Shown: positions 16,977 to 26,222, counted from the first letter of the stretch. The stretch is DNA of 32,000 bases from Pirellula staleyi DSM 6068 (GCA_000025185.1 CP001848.1:2730001-2762000), one strand, 5' to 3'. Translations and numbers: made by a program. The notes: generated by a model from the letters alone, not told the origin.

Positions 16977-18998
16977 GTGCTCCGTTTTCACCTTCTCATC
17001 GCCGACTTCTTCATCAACACCCTGTCGTTCTGGCAGTGGGGTGTGATCGCGCTGGTTCCGCCCCTGATTTTGGCTCTCTACTTTCTGAAGCTTCGGCGTC
17101 AGCCCCTGGCTGTTCCCAGCACCTATCTCTGGGCCAAAGCGATCGAAGATCTGCATGTCAATTCGCTCTGGCAACGGCTCCGGCAAAACATCCTGCTGCT
17201 GCTGCAGTTGCTGCTCGTGCTGCTGCTGATCTTTTCACTCCTACGCCCCGGGTGGCAGGGGACTGAGCTTCTTCGCAATCGGTTTGTCTTTCTCGTCGAC
17301 ACTTCCGCCAGCATGAGCGCAAGCGATGTGTCGCCAACACGCCTCGACGATGCCAAACGCCAGGCCATCGCCCTCATTCGTCAAATGAAGTCGGGCGATG
17401 TGGCGATGCTGATCAGCTTCTCGGATACGGCGAAGATCGAGCAGAGCTTTACCGATAATCGTCGTCTGCTAGAGCAGAAGGTACAGCTGATCGAGCAAAC
17501 AAATCGACTCAGCGACTTAAGCGAAGCACTTCGAGCCGCTTCGGGACTTGCCAATCCCGGTCAAAGCAGCGACCCCGACAATCCCGACGATACGCAGGTG
17601 GCCGACGAGCTGCCTGCCGAACTGTTCATCTTCAGCGATGGTGGGTTTGCTACGATCCCCAATTTCCGACTCGGCAATCTCGAGCCTCGTTATCAAAAGA
17701 TAGCGACCGACAATATCAAAAACGTCGCTGTCGCCGCATTCAGCACCGAAGGGAACCCCGAGAAGCCGGGGGAAGTGCAGGCCTTCGGTCGCCTCGAGAA
17801 CTATGGCAGCGAGGAAGTGACGGCAGAGGTTTCGCTCTATCTCGAGGATGCCTTGCTCGATGCTAAATCGATCACCATTGCGCCGCGTAGTACCGACACT
17901 AAAGCAGCGGGCTCGACCGGGGTCGATTTCACCCTCGGGGAACTCGAAAGTGGTGTGCTCAAGCTCGAAGTGAATGTGAAAGATCAATTGCCGCTCGATA
18001 ACCGGGCCTATGCCGTAGTGAATTTGCCTCGGCAAGCGAAAGTGCTGCTGGTCACCCCTGGTAACGATCCGCTAATGCTGGCGCTCGCCACCGATGAAGC
18101 GATGAAACTGGCGACTGTCGCAACAATCGATCCCGAGAAGCTGACAACACAAACGGTGAAAGAGCAACTCACCAGTGGTGCCTACGATCTAGTGATCTTC
18201 GACCAATGTGTGCCGACGGAGATGCCAGCCGCCAGTACGCTCTTTATTGGCCGGCTTCCACCTACGCCCGAATGGAAAGCGGGAACCAAGGGGCTGCCAG
18301 TGATCGCCGATGTTGATCAAGTACATCCCCTCACGCAGCTCGTGCAGATGTCGAATGTGAATATCTTCGAGGCCTTTGCCATCGAGGCCTCTCCACCTGG
18401 AAGCACCAAACTGATCGACTCCGATCTGGGCTCGCTCTATGTGGTGGGGCCACGTGGCGGTTATGAAGATGCCGCTATCTCGTTTGACATCTATTCGCAA
18501 GGAAAGGATGGGATTACGGTCAACACGAACTGGCCCATCCGCCGCAGCTTTCCCGTGTTTGTGATGAACGCTGTGAAGTATTTGGGAGGTGTTCGTACTT
18601 CGCTGGCGACCCCGAATGTTAAACCAGGTTTTCCCGCGGTTCTGCGTAGCGACGTACCGGTGAAAAGCCTGCTTGTGGAATCACCACGCGGTGATCAGGT
18701 GGAAGTGCTGCGCGAAGTGACGAGCAACTATGTTTTCACTCGCGTCGACGAGCTTGGGGTGTATAAGGTGCGGGAAGGTTCGGGGCAGAAAGTGAAACAG
18801 CAGTTCGCCGCGAACTTGTTCGACTCTCGTGAAAGTGATTTGACCCCAGCCGATAAACTAGAGATCGGCCACGAAGAAGTGAAGGCAACCGTGGCTCGCC
18901 AAGTGGCCCGCAAAGAGCTGTGGAAATGGCTTCTCGTGGCTGCGATCGTGGTGCTGGTCTTCGAGTGGTATGTCTACAATCGACGAGTCTATTTGTAG
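16977..18998 (+). CDS. BatA-like membrane protein (BatA_N + VWA + GATase1-like module, C-terminal TM)
   Basis: GTG start 16977 is preceded by GAGGA (16966..16970) with a 6-nt spacer. N-terminus: WQWGVIALVPPLILALYFLKLRRQPLAVPSTYLW. VWA MIDAS DTSAS (17298..17312) sits in FVFLVDTSASMSA. LLVTPGNDP...YDLVIFDQCVP is the GATase1-like block. C-terminal TM: LWKWLLVAAIVVLVFEWYVY. Confidence 0.8.
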   Translation: MLRFHLLIADFFINTLSFWQWGVIALVPPLILALYFLKLRRQPLAVPSTYLWAKAIEDLHVNSLWQRLRQNILLLLQLLLVLLLIFSLLRPGWQGTELLRNRFVFLVDTSASMSASDVSPTRLDDAKRQAIALIRQMKSGDVAMLISFSDTAKIEQSFTDNRRLLEQKVQLIEQTNRLSDLSEALRAASGLANPGQSSDPDNPDDTQVADELPAELFIFSDGGFATIPNFRLGNLEPRYQKIATDNIKNVAVAAFSTEGNPEKPGEVQAFGRLENYGSEEVTAEVSLYLEDALLDAKSITIAPRSTDTKAAGSTGVDFTLGELESGVLKLEVNVKDQLPLDNRAYAVVNLPRQAKVLLVTPGNDPLMLALATDEAMKLATVATIDPEKLTTQTVKEQLTSGAYDLVIFDQCVPTEMPAASTLFIGRLPPTPEWKAGTKGLPVIADVDQVHPLTQLVQMSNVNIFEAFAIEASPPGSTKLIDSDLGSLYVVGPRGGYEDAAISFDIYSQGKDGITVNTNWPIRRSFPVFVMNAVKYLGGVRTSLATPNVKPGFPAVLRSDVPVKSLLVESPRGDQVEVLREVTSNYVFTRVDELGVYKVREGSGQKVKQQFAANLFDSRESDLTPADKLEIGHEEVKATVARQVARKELWKWLLVAAIVVLVFEWYVYNRRVYL

Positions 18999-19009
18999 CC
19001 CTTTTCGTA

Positions 19010-19023
19010 CGCCAAGCTTGGCG
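19010..19023. terminator. Perfect 14-nt palindrome CGCCAAGCTTGGCG just after the BatA-like gene (weak terminator candidate)
   Basis: It begins 12 nt after the stop at 18998. It could fold as a 5-bp stem with an AGCT loop. There is no U-run. Confidence 0.2.
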
Positions 19024-19201
19024 CCGCAATCTTCGATCATGGCGGCTTTGGAGTTGCCGAGGTGTATAGCACGGCCACAGGTTTTTCGCAGTTGATCGTT
19101 AATATTCGGGTCTGCCTCACTAGAGCTCTCGGGGACCTGGGTGCTATTCTAAACGCCCCGGAAGTCGCGTCACCGCGCAAGTTAGTTCCTCAAATCTGTG
19201 A

Positions 19202-20020
19202 GTGGTTTTGCTCGTGTCACAACGAATTCAGTTGGTGGTTTGCGATTGGGCCGGAACAACGGTCGACTTTGGTTGCCTAGCACCGGCAGCTGCTTTTCTC
19301 GAGGCTTTTGCGCGTCACAAGCTGATGCTGACGATGCAGCAAGTGCGGGCTCCGATGGGGCTGCATAAGTACGATCATGTTCGCACGCTGCTGGAAATGC
19401 CTGCAGTGAGTGAGCAGTTTCAATTCGTGTACGGCCGACCTTGGGTCGAAGCCGATGTGATGAACATCTATCACGAAGTGACCCCGCTGCAAGCAAGTGC
19501 TTGTGAGAATCACAGTGTGCTGATTCCTGGTGTGGTAGACGTTGTTGCCACGCTCCGCAGTCGTGATGTGAAGATTGGATCGACCACTGGCTATCCACGT
19601 GTTGTCGCTGAAGTGGTTTACGAGTTGGCCAAGGCCCAAGGGTATGAGCCCGACTTCAATGTGGCAGCCGACGATACTCCAGCCGCTCGGCCACTTCCGT
19701 GGATGATCTTCCGGATCATGGAAAAGCTCGATATTTTTCCACCTCTCGCGGTCGTGAAGATCGGCGATACGGTTCCTGATATCGAGGAAGGTCGCAACGC
19801 AGGATGCTGGAGCATTGGCGTCACGCAAACGGGAAGCGAAATGGGACTCACACCCGAAGAGTTCGCCGCGCTCCCGGAAGATGTGAAAAAGCATAAGACC
19901 GAGATCGTCGGTCGAAAACTGCTTGACGCGGGTGCACACTACGTCATTCCATCGATCATCGAACTGCCGCAGATGATCGACCACATCGAAGCTGGTATGG
20001 AGACTGGCCAGAAGCCGTAG
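19202..20020 (+). CDS. phnX: Phosphonoacetaldehyde hydrolase (phosphonatase), HAD superfamily
   Basis: VVCDWAGTTVDFGCLAPAAAFLEAF (HAD motif I with the PhnX-type DWAGT), VRAPMGLHKYDHVRTLLEMP (Schiff-base Lys context), IGSTTGYPR, and IGDTVPDIEEGRNAGCWSIGV. The start is uncertain: GTG 19202 or GTG 19214. Confidence 0.8.
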   Translation: MVLLVSQRIQLVVCDWAGTTVDFGCLAPAAAFLEAFARHKLMLTMQQVRAPMGLHKYDHVRTLLEMPAVSEQFQFVYGRPWVEADVMNIYHEVTPLQASACENHSVLIPGVVDVVATLRSRDVKIGSTTGYPRVVAEVVYELAKAQGYEPDFNVAADDTPAARPLPWMIFRIMEKLDIFPPLAVVKIGDTVPDIEEGRNAGCWSIGVTQTGSEMGLTPEEFAALPEDVKKHKTEIVGRKLLDAGAHYVIPSIIELPQMIDHIEAGMETGQKP

Positions 20021-20036
20021 TTGAGCTTGTTGGTTT

Positions 20037-20064
20037 GCGTCGCCAGCAAATCGGTCAGCGACGC
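20037..20064. terminator. Hairpin between convergent phnX and the giant minus-strand gene (candidate bidirectional terminator)
   Basis: GCGTCGC (20037..20043) and GCGACGC (20058..20064) form a 7-bp GC-rich stem with a 14-nt loop inside the 64-nt convergent gap. There is no clear U-run. Confidence 0.3.
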
Positions 20065-20084
20065 CGATCGTTACTTCATCACGA

Positions 20085-23000
20085 TCAAGGCGATGGGGCA
20101 GGGGTCTTAGGTTGTCCAAAAATCTTTTCCAGCCCCTTGTTGAGCCCCTGCTCAAGTAGCCCCTGCACGGCGCGATTGGCGAACTGTTTAGCAAGGTTCC
20201 CAATCGCGGTGCCGTCGAGTTGCGGCTTGTTGATCTGACCACGAATCGGGATCGAGATTCGTTGTCCCTTCAATCCGACCAGCAGTGGTTTGCCGTCGAC
20301 CCATTTGTCGGGAATCGGAATTTCCGACAGCATCTCGAGCGACTGATCGAGCCCGACACTTCCTTGGGTGATGAGGGCCACTTCTTTCACGGTCATCGTG
20401 AGACCACGGTGATAGACCCGACCATCGACCACTTCGACTTGCACTCGTTGTTCGGGCAGGATAATCCAGCCGCGCGGCTCGGTGGGAGCAGTTGCGAGTG
20501 GATTGTTCTCCACGGCGCTCTTCAGCTGCTTGATGACGCCAAGGTATTGCTCGGCCAGCGGGCCGGGACCAATTTGAGCAGCATGGATGGTCAAGAGACC
20601 TCCCGCTGTGATCTCTTTTTCGCGATTCTCTGAGAAGAGTGGCACCGATACGCCCACAAGTTCGACCGAGAAGGTGCCTTGCGCTTCGGTGGCATCCGCG
20701 ACCACGGGGGCGACGAACTTCAGCCAGTCGCGGCACATGTCGGGAGAGATACGAACCTTCGTGAGCAGCGGACCTTTGTCCATGATGAGGCGAGGCTGTG
20801 GTTCCCCCAAAGTGATTCGCGGAGCAGCGATGAATTGTCCTTCGCTGAGCATCATGTCAATCGGTCCAAGGAACAGGACACCATCTGCGAGTTTGGCGCT
20901 CAAAAGTCCTTGCCCACCGACAAGCCCCATGTAGCGAATCGAATCCCAGCCGATGCCCGCTTCTGCCTTCAAAGATTTTGAAATGAATCCTGTGGGAGAG
21001 GATGCATCGGTGGCAGGCTGTAGCAGAGGGCCGGTGATTGAGAATGGCCGGCGGTCTTGCCCGGCGATGTTGAACGTGGGACCTAGAATCGGCGAGAGCA
21101 TTTGGGTGAGCTGTTCCATCACTACAACGGTTTCACCCTTAAGGTCGACGAGCATTTCACTTGTTAGTTTTTCCATCGTCCCCGACATCTGCACGCTGGC
21201 AAATGACGAGAGCAGGTTCATCGAAGCAAGCTGAGCCTTGTCGCTCGTAGGATCGTAGGTGGCTGCGCCGGTGATGCGGGCTGTTTTTTCGCTCCAGCTA
21301 CGCTGCACTGGTTCAAGAGGTCGCGAACCGGGTCGCGCGGCTGGATCAACGGGTGGCTGTTCGAGCCAAACGTACTGCACGTTATTCGCGCTGGTATCGA
21401 TGGTCGCATCAATCACATTGCCGATGTACTTGAGTTCCACGCGGCCAACCAATTCGCCTGTTAGCTGCGATTCGAACGGCTCAGCAGGTTTTTCAAACCA
21501 TTTGCGAAGCCGCGTGAGGTCGCCCCGATATTCCACGAGTCCTGTGACGGCGACACCGGGCGAAGCGGTGGCGATGTTGATGTTCTCGGCGCGAAGAGCG
21601 ATCGACGAACTGCGTACGGTGGTCGATGGAAACGATGCGCTGAAGCTAGCGAGATTCACCACACCACTGGTGGCTACTTCCACACGAGGTTCGCGAATCG
21701 CGAGGCCAGAACCAGTTGCCATCAGCTGCGAAACGATGATCGAGGTTTCGCCAAGTTCGATTTGCTGCGAAGAGAACGCTCCACCACCGCTCCCATCGAT
21801 GACGCCCGCAATGATCCAGTCTCCGAGCGACAGAAACGTTTGAACCCGAGGCATCCAGGTCGCGAGATCCCCTTCGAGTTTCCAGTTCACAGGCCAAAGA
21901 GCACTGGGGGAAGGATTCTTCACCACGCCGGTGAGATTGGCGGTGAAAGCATCGGTTCCTGAGCGGACACTCAGCTGCGCGGCACTCAGCTCCGAAAGAC
22001 CGGTCGCGCTAGGCAAACCTTCTGCTGAGGCAGTGATTTTCAGCTGATCTTCGTGCCACGGGAGGAGTCCTGGCAGAATGACATTGAGCTTATCGAGCGA
22101 GCCATCGGCGGTTAGTTGCCAAGTCTCGCCAGGTTGCTGTTGCCAACGGACATCCAGGTTCATCTGTCCCGCGAGTTCTACCGACGCTAAGTCGATGAGA
22201 CGCGAAAGTTCGCTTGCCAGCTTATCGAGATCGGCTTTCGCGATGAGGCGTCCCGCGCGCAGATCCCCCTCGCCTTGCAGGTCGAGAAAGCTTGATTTCA
22301 CAAAGACTTGCTCGATCGCGGCCAGAGAAAACTCGGGGCGAACGAGGGCCGAGACTTCGAGTGGTTGATCCCAAGCGACTTGACGACCGGCGGCTTCTCC
22401 CTGCAATTTCGAAGTTTTTGCGGTGAGAGAAAACCGCTTAGCTTCAGCAACACCTTGGGATGTCGCGCTGATAGCAAGCGTGCCCGAGGTGATGCGTGCC
22501 GATTCTTTCATGTGCAAAGTAGCCGGCAATTGCTGGGCAATAGCCGCGAGATCGACCGACCCTTCGAGTTGCAAATCGGAGTCGCGGGCCACTTTTTGCC
22601 AATCGATCGGCGCGGAGGTTGCGGTGGAAGTGGGGGCTGGCATCGCCGACCCATCGGGCGCGACCACTACCGGCACGGTGGAAATCGTTGCTGGAATTGC
22701 GATACTTCCGCGACCACTCAGCGAGGCCAAGTTCGAGCGTAGCGAGATCCCCGCCAGCGACCATGCTTCGCCCTTGCGGACAATCTTGGCGCTGCTCTCT
22801 TCCACAGCGACACGCACCATTTCGCCAGCGGCCATGGCTGTCGACTGCACGACAAGATTACGCGAAGAGAGCTTGGAGAGATCGGCCGTCAGTTGCTCGC
22901 CACCATTCGACCACTCGGTCAACACGGTGCACGTAATCGATCCGCCGATGGCCAAGCCTGTTTGAGCACGACGCAAAAATGGTGTTGCGATATCCGCAGG

Positions 23001-23792
23001 AAATTCACTCACCAGCATGCCAGCGCGGCCTGTTCCTAGGCTGCCATCGACACCGGGCGACCATTCGAGTTCGCCTTGAATTTCTCCCACCGACTGTGGG
23101 CTCGCGGGAGGAGCTCCTGCTTCAGCAGCCTGACGAACGACGGCCGAAAACTTCGCTTGTTTAGGTTGATCAGCGGCCGCTGTCCAGTTGGCATCCGCAT
23201 TGAGATTCTCGACGTGGTAAGCCACTTTGGTTTTGTCGTCGATGATTTCGATCAGACCTTGCTCGATCGTTACTCCTACCGCAATCTGCGGCGCAGCTGA
23301 CGAACCGGCGTCATCGCCTGTGGATAGTTTTGCGAGTAGATCCTCGACGTTGCTTCCCTCATCGCGCACGACGATGCGAACCACGGGCTGTGTAATGGTG
23401 ATACGTCCGGGATCTTGCCAGGCACGAACGATGTCGAGCAACGACTTCTCGGTCCGAATCTGCTTCACTGCCGCAATCGGTTCGCCCGCATCGCCACTCA
23501 CCTTCAGCTCATTCACGACAATCGGCGACATCCACGACAAGCTGATGCTCGACGCATCGATCTTGCCAGCGAGCTGCGGCGCGGCATATCCGAGCGCTGT
23601 CTTCCAAAGACCGGTGGAGACAATGATCGTAGGCGCGAAGAAGACTAAAACGCCGAGTAGTACGAGTCCAAGAAATGCCCGAAACAGCCAACCGCCACGT
23701 TTCTTTGGCGCAGGAGTTTCGTCGGCACCATCGTCGTCTGGTACGTCGTAGAGATCATCTTCGGCGACTCGCCGTTTATTACGTTTGGCCAT
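20085..23792 (-). CDS. Giant N-terminally anchored envelope protein, AsmA/TamB/YhdP-like (putative)
   Basis: Track ORF starts at TTG 23807; ATG is at 23792 (MAKRNKRRVAEDDLYDVPDDDGADE...). It has one TM (WLFRAFLGLVLLGVLVFFAPTIIV), then GKIDASSISLSWMSPIVVNELKVSGDAGEPIAAVKQIRTEKSLLDIV...ITITQPVVRIVV, resembling AsmA/TamB N-termini. About 1100 aa of an Ala/Ser/Gly/Leu/Thr-rich body follow, with no catalytic motif that I recognise. That it is coding is near certain; the family call is tentative. Confidence 0.5.
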   Translation of the reverse strand: MAKRNKRRVAEDDLYDVPDDDGADETPAPKKRGGWLFRAFLGLVLLGVLVFFAPTIIVSTGLWKTALGYAAPQLAGKIDASSISLSWMSPIVVNELKVSGDAGEPIAAVKQIRTEKSLLDIVRAWQDPGRITITQPVVRIVVRDEGSNVEDLLAKLSTGDDAGSSAAPQIAVGVTIEQGLIEIIDDKTKVAYHVENLNADANWTAAADQPKQAKFSAVVRQAAEAGAPPASPQSVGEIQGELEWSPGVDGSLGTGRAGMLVSEFPADIATPFLRRAQTGLAIGGSITCTVLTEWSNGGEQLTADLSKLSSRNLVVQSTAMAAGEMVRVAVEESSAKIVRKGEAWSLAGISLRSNLASLSGRGSIAIPATISTVPVVVAPDGSAMPAPTSTATSAPIDWQKVARDSDLQLEGSVDLAAIAQQLPATLHMKESARITSGTLAISATSQGVAEAKRFSLTAKTSKLQGEAAGRQVAWDQPLEVSALVRPEFSLAAIEQVFVKSSFLDLQGEGDLRAGRLIAKADLDKLASELSRLIDLASVELAGQMNLDVRWQQQPGETWQLTADGSLDKLNVILPGLLPWHEDQLKITASAEGLPSATGLSELSAAQLSVRSGTDAFTANLTGVVKNPSPSALWPVNWKLEGDLATWMPRVQTFLSLGDWIIAGVIDGSGGGAFSSQQIELGETSIIVSQLMATGSGLAIREPRVEVATSGVVNLASFSASFPSTTVRSSSIALRAENINIATASPGVAVTGLVEYRGDLTRLRKWFEKPAEPFESQLTGELVGRVELKYIGNVIDATIDTSANNVQYVWLEQPPVDPAARPGSRPLEPVQRSWSEKTARITGAATYDPTSDKAQLASMNLLSSFASVQMSGTMEKLTSEMLVDLKGETVVVMEQLTQMLSPILGPTFNIAGQDRRPFSITGPLLQPATDASSPTGFISKSLKAEAGIGWDSIRYMGLVGGQGLLSAKLADGVLFLGPIDMMLSEGQFIAAPRITLGEPQPRLIMDKGPLLTKVRISPDMCRDWLKFVAPVVADATEAQGTFSVELVGVSVPLFSENREKEITAGGLLTIHAAQIGPGPLAEQYLGVIKQLKSAVENNPLATAPTEPRGWIILPEQRVQVEVVDGRVYHRGLTMTVKEVALITQGSVGLDQSLEMLSEIPIPDKWVDGKPLLVGLKGQRISIPIRGQINKPQLDGTAIGNLAKQFANRAVQGLLEQGLNKGLEKIFGQPKTPAPSP

Positions 23793-23840
23793 CACTGCAC
23801 CGCACAAAAAGCCGAGAAATCGCGGGATAAATACCCCGCC

Positions 23841-23846
23841 ATTCTA
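23841..23846 (-). promoter_or_regulatory. Candidate -10 box TAGAAT upstream of the giant gene
   Basis: Plus-strand attcta reads TAGAAT on the minus strand, roughly 45-50 nt upstream of the ATG at 23792, inside the ~230-nt gap after the MCE gene. No convincing -35 is present. Confidence 0.2.
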
Positions 23847-24023
23847 CGCGGTTGTACACTTTGCGACCTAGGTCGAATTCGCAAGATGAAAGAGCCGAGT
23901 TTGACGCGTGCAGTGGCCGCTAGCAAGCTCGCCAGCAGCGTGCCGTTAGGCCAAGAGATAGGCTCGCATGGAGCCCGAAAAATGCCAACTGCTAGCGAGT
24001 GCTTAGGGTGTCGCGAAGGGTCG

Positions 24024-25214
24024 TTATTCTTGGGGAAACGGCGTAGAATCCCACGAAGTTTGGTCGATCGTGAAAGGTTCGTAGCTTTCGCCGTCGTTGT
24101 AAACGGCTGGCTTGGTGCCAACCCCCAGCGGCCGGCGATCGATGGCACCCTTCACGCCGAGCTGACGAGGATCGCGAGCAATCTTGTCACTAAAGATGCG
24201 CACGTCATCGAGAATCGGCTTGATGCGCGAGGTGATATCTTCGGCATTGGCCAGGGTGCGATTCAGCCGATCGTAAAGCTCGCCATCGTTCATCAGGCGG
24301 CCGAGCGTACCTTCGCGGCTGTTCAGCCCATCGGTGAATTCCACCAGTTGCTCGAGAAGCTGATTTACATTCGACAGGCTGCCGTCGAGGTTCTCAGCAA
24401 TCTGTCCACCTCGTTCACCCAGTGGCTTGGTGAAGTTTTCGAGATTTGCCAGGTTGCGATCTGCTCGCTCGCTCACACTCTTGAATCCCTCAAATGCTTC
24501 GTTTGCGTTCTGCAGGGTCACGCGAGCTTCCGCCAGAAGTTTCGGTACATCGTTGAGTGACTGCTTCATCCCGTCGCGCAGTTCTGGATCGCCAAACACC
24601 GTGTTGATAGTGCTCATCGTGGTGTTGAATTGATCGAGCGCCTTCTCTGTTTTTTGAAACAAACGAGGAAGCTGATCATCGTTGTTAGCGACGACGGCAT
24701 TCAAGTTCGAGGCGGTCTGACCGACCCGATTGCTCGCTTCTTGAATGCTTCGCAGTGCGATCCGCATGTCGGTTTCGAGATTCACAAGCACGTCGAGCGG
24801 ATTACCCGCGACCACACCGTTTTGAATCTCCGAGCCGTCGGTCAGTTGCTGTGGATTCGCGACAACAGCATTGCCCGGAACAAACTCAAGCACGGCATCA
24901 CCGAGCACGCTGGCGGTGGCAATGCGGCAGAGTTCGCTGTCGAGAATTACATAGCGGCTGTCGATATCGGTCGACACGCGCACACCGCTGGGCTTCATCA
25001 GCTCGACTTGGGTCACGCGACCGATCGAGACACCACTTTTTCGTACAGGTGTCCCTACGGTTACGCCTGGGGCGGTCGGAAACAGCACCGAGACTTCATA
25101 GGTGCTCGTCCCTGGAAAGGGCATGTCGCCGAGTCGCGTCACCAAGATGCCGGTGATGATGGCGGCGATGAGTACGACGACGCCGACGCGAAACCGAAGT
25201 GTTCTTTCATCCAT
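24024..25214 (-). CDS. mlaD: MCE/MlaD-family protein with a single MCE domain and a long helical C-terminal extension
   Basis: N-terminal TM (FRVGVVVLIAAIITGILV). MCE domain: YEVSVLFPTAPGVTVGTPVRKSGVSIGRVTQVEL...LGDAVLEFVPG. About 275 aa of heptad-like Asn/Leu/Glu-rich sequence follow, including GTLGRLMNDGELYDRLNRTL. Confidence 0.85.
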   Translation of the reverse strand: MDERTLRFRVGVVVLIAAIITGILVTRLGDMPFPGTSTYEVSVLFPTAPGVTVGTPVRKSGVSIGRVTQVELMKPSGVRVSTDIDSRYVILDSELCRIATASVLGDAVLEFVPGNAVVANPQQLTDGSEIQNGVVAGNPLDVLVNLETDMRIALRSIQEASNRVGQTASNLNAVVANNDDQLPRLFQKTEKALDQFNTTMSTINTVFGDPELRDGMKQSLNDVPKLLAEARVTLQNANEAFEGFKSVSERADRNLANLENFTKPLGERGGQIAENLDGSLSNVNQLLEQLVEFTDGLNSREGTLGRLMNDGELYDRLNRTLANAEDITSRIKPILDDVRIFSDKIARDPRQLGVKGAIDRRPLGVGTKPAVYNDGESYEPFTIDQTSWDSTPFPQE

Positions 25215-25321
25215 GACCGTTCTCGCATCCTGCTATTGGCCACACGATTATCGTGGAAAACCGGCGGCAAACGTTCGTTATCGATGATTTGTTGGTGAAG
25301 TGGTTTCGAAAGACAAGGCGT

Positions 25322-26191
25322 TTAGTGGGCAGGCATCATGGCACTCGATTGACGAAGTTCCATGAGCCGCTCGCCCGCTTCGCCACGAATGAACTGCCGA
25401 ACGCGACGATCCTTGCAGCGCTCGAGTTCTTCTGGCGTTCCATCGAAAATCACTTGCGATTCTTCAGGGCTAAGTCGAGGGAGCGGATAGAGCATCACCA
25501 CTCGATCGGCCACTTTGTGAGCAGTTCGCATGTCGTGCGTGATCACGATGCCGGTGACATTGTGATGTCGGCGCGTGCTCATGATGAGTTCGTTAATCAC
25601 GTCGCTCATGATCGGGTCGAGACCGGTGGTTGGCTCGTCGTAGAGCATCAGTTCGGGATTGAGCACAAGCGCTCGCGCGAGACCTACGCGTTTACGCATA
25701 CCACCCGATAATTCAGCCGGTTTTTTCGTCACGACGGTATCGGGCAAACCAACTTCGGCGAGTCGCGCTAGTACCAGTTCCTGCACCTGCTTGTCGGTCA
25801 CTTGGCGATGTTGACGCAAGGGAAACGCAACATTCTGGCCCACCGTCATGCTGTCGAACAAAGCCGCGTTTTGGAACAAATAGCCGAGCCGAATTCGCTC
25901 ACGTGTCAGCTCTTTATCGCTGAGGCGACTTAAGTTCTTTCCGTCGAACAGCACTTCGCCAGAGGTGGGACGAAGCAGGCCGACGAGCGATTTAAGGAGC
26001 ACTGTTTTTCCACAGCCCGATTCGCCAATGATGCAGCAGGTTTGTCCTCGTGGAATGGTGAGCGACAGATTGCGCAGCACTCGCTGCGTACCGAACTGCA
26101 CACTCACGTCACGAATGTCGACGAGGGGCCGGTCGCGCGAAGTGGATTCGCGGCTTGGCATGTCGCTCGGTGATGTTGGTTCGTTTTCCAC
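25322..26191 (-). CDS. mlaF: ABC transporter ATP-binding protein, MlaF type
   Basis: Walker A GESGCGKT, Q-loop LFQNAALF, signature LSGGMRKRVGLARAL, Walker B LMLYDEPTTGLDP, H-loop ITHD. The start is GTG 26191 or ATG 26161. Confidence 0.9.
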   Translation of the reverse strand: MENEPTSPSDMPSRESTSRDRPLVDIRDVSVQFGTQRVLRNLSLTIPRGQTCCIIGESGCGKTVLLKSLVGLLRPTSGEVLFDGKNLSRLSDKELTRERIRLGYLFQNAALFDSMTVGQNVAFPLRQHRQVTDKQVQELVLARLAEVGLPDTVVTKKPAELSGGMRKRVGLARALVLNPELMLYDEPTTGLDPIMSDVINELIMSTRRHHNVTGIVITHDMRTAHKVADRVVMLYPLPRLSPEESQVIFDGTPEELERCKDRRVRQFIRGEAGERLMELRQSSAMMPAH

Positions 26192-26222
26192 GGCAAAAAC
26201 CTACAGGATTAGGGAGTATCGA

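Noticed and set aside
19277-20242. 321-aa minus-strand ORF opposite phnX
   Set aside because: It is antisense to a gene with strong PhnX motifs. It also overlaps the 3' end of the giant minus-strand gene in another frame.
23792-24148. 118-aa minus-strand ORF bridging the MCE gene end and the giant gene start
   Set aside because: It overlaps the MCE gene C-terminus out of frame, has no motifs and is Arg/Pro-rich. The region is more likely an intergenic or promoter region.
23886-25298. Two plus-strand ORFs (224 aa and 222 aa) opposite the MCE gene
   Set aside because: They are antisense to a well-supported MlaD-type gene, so they are shadow ORFs.
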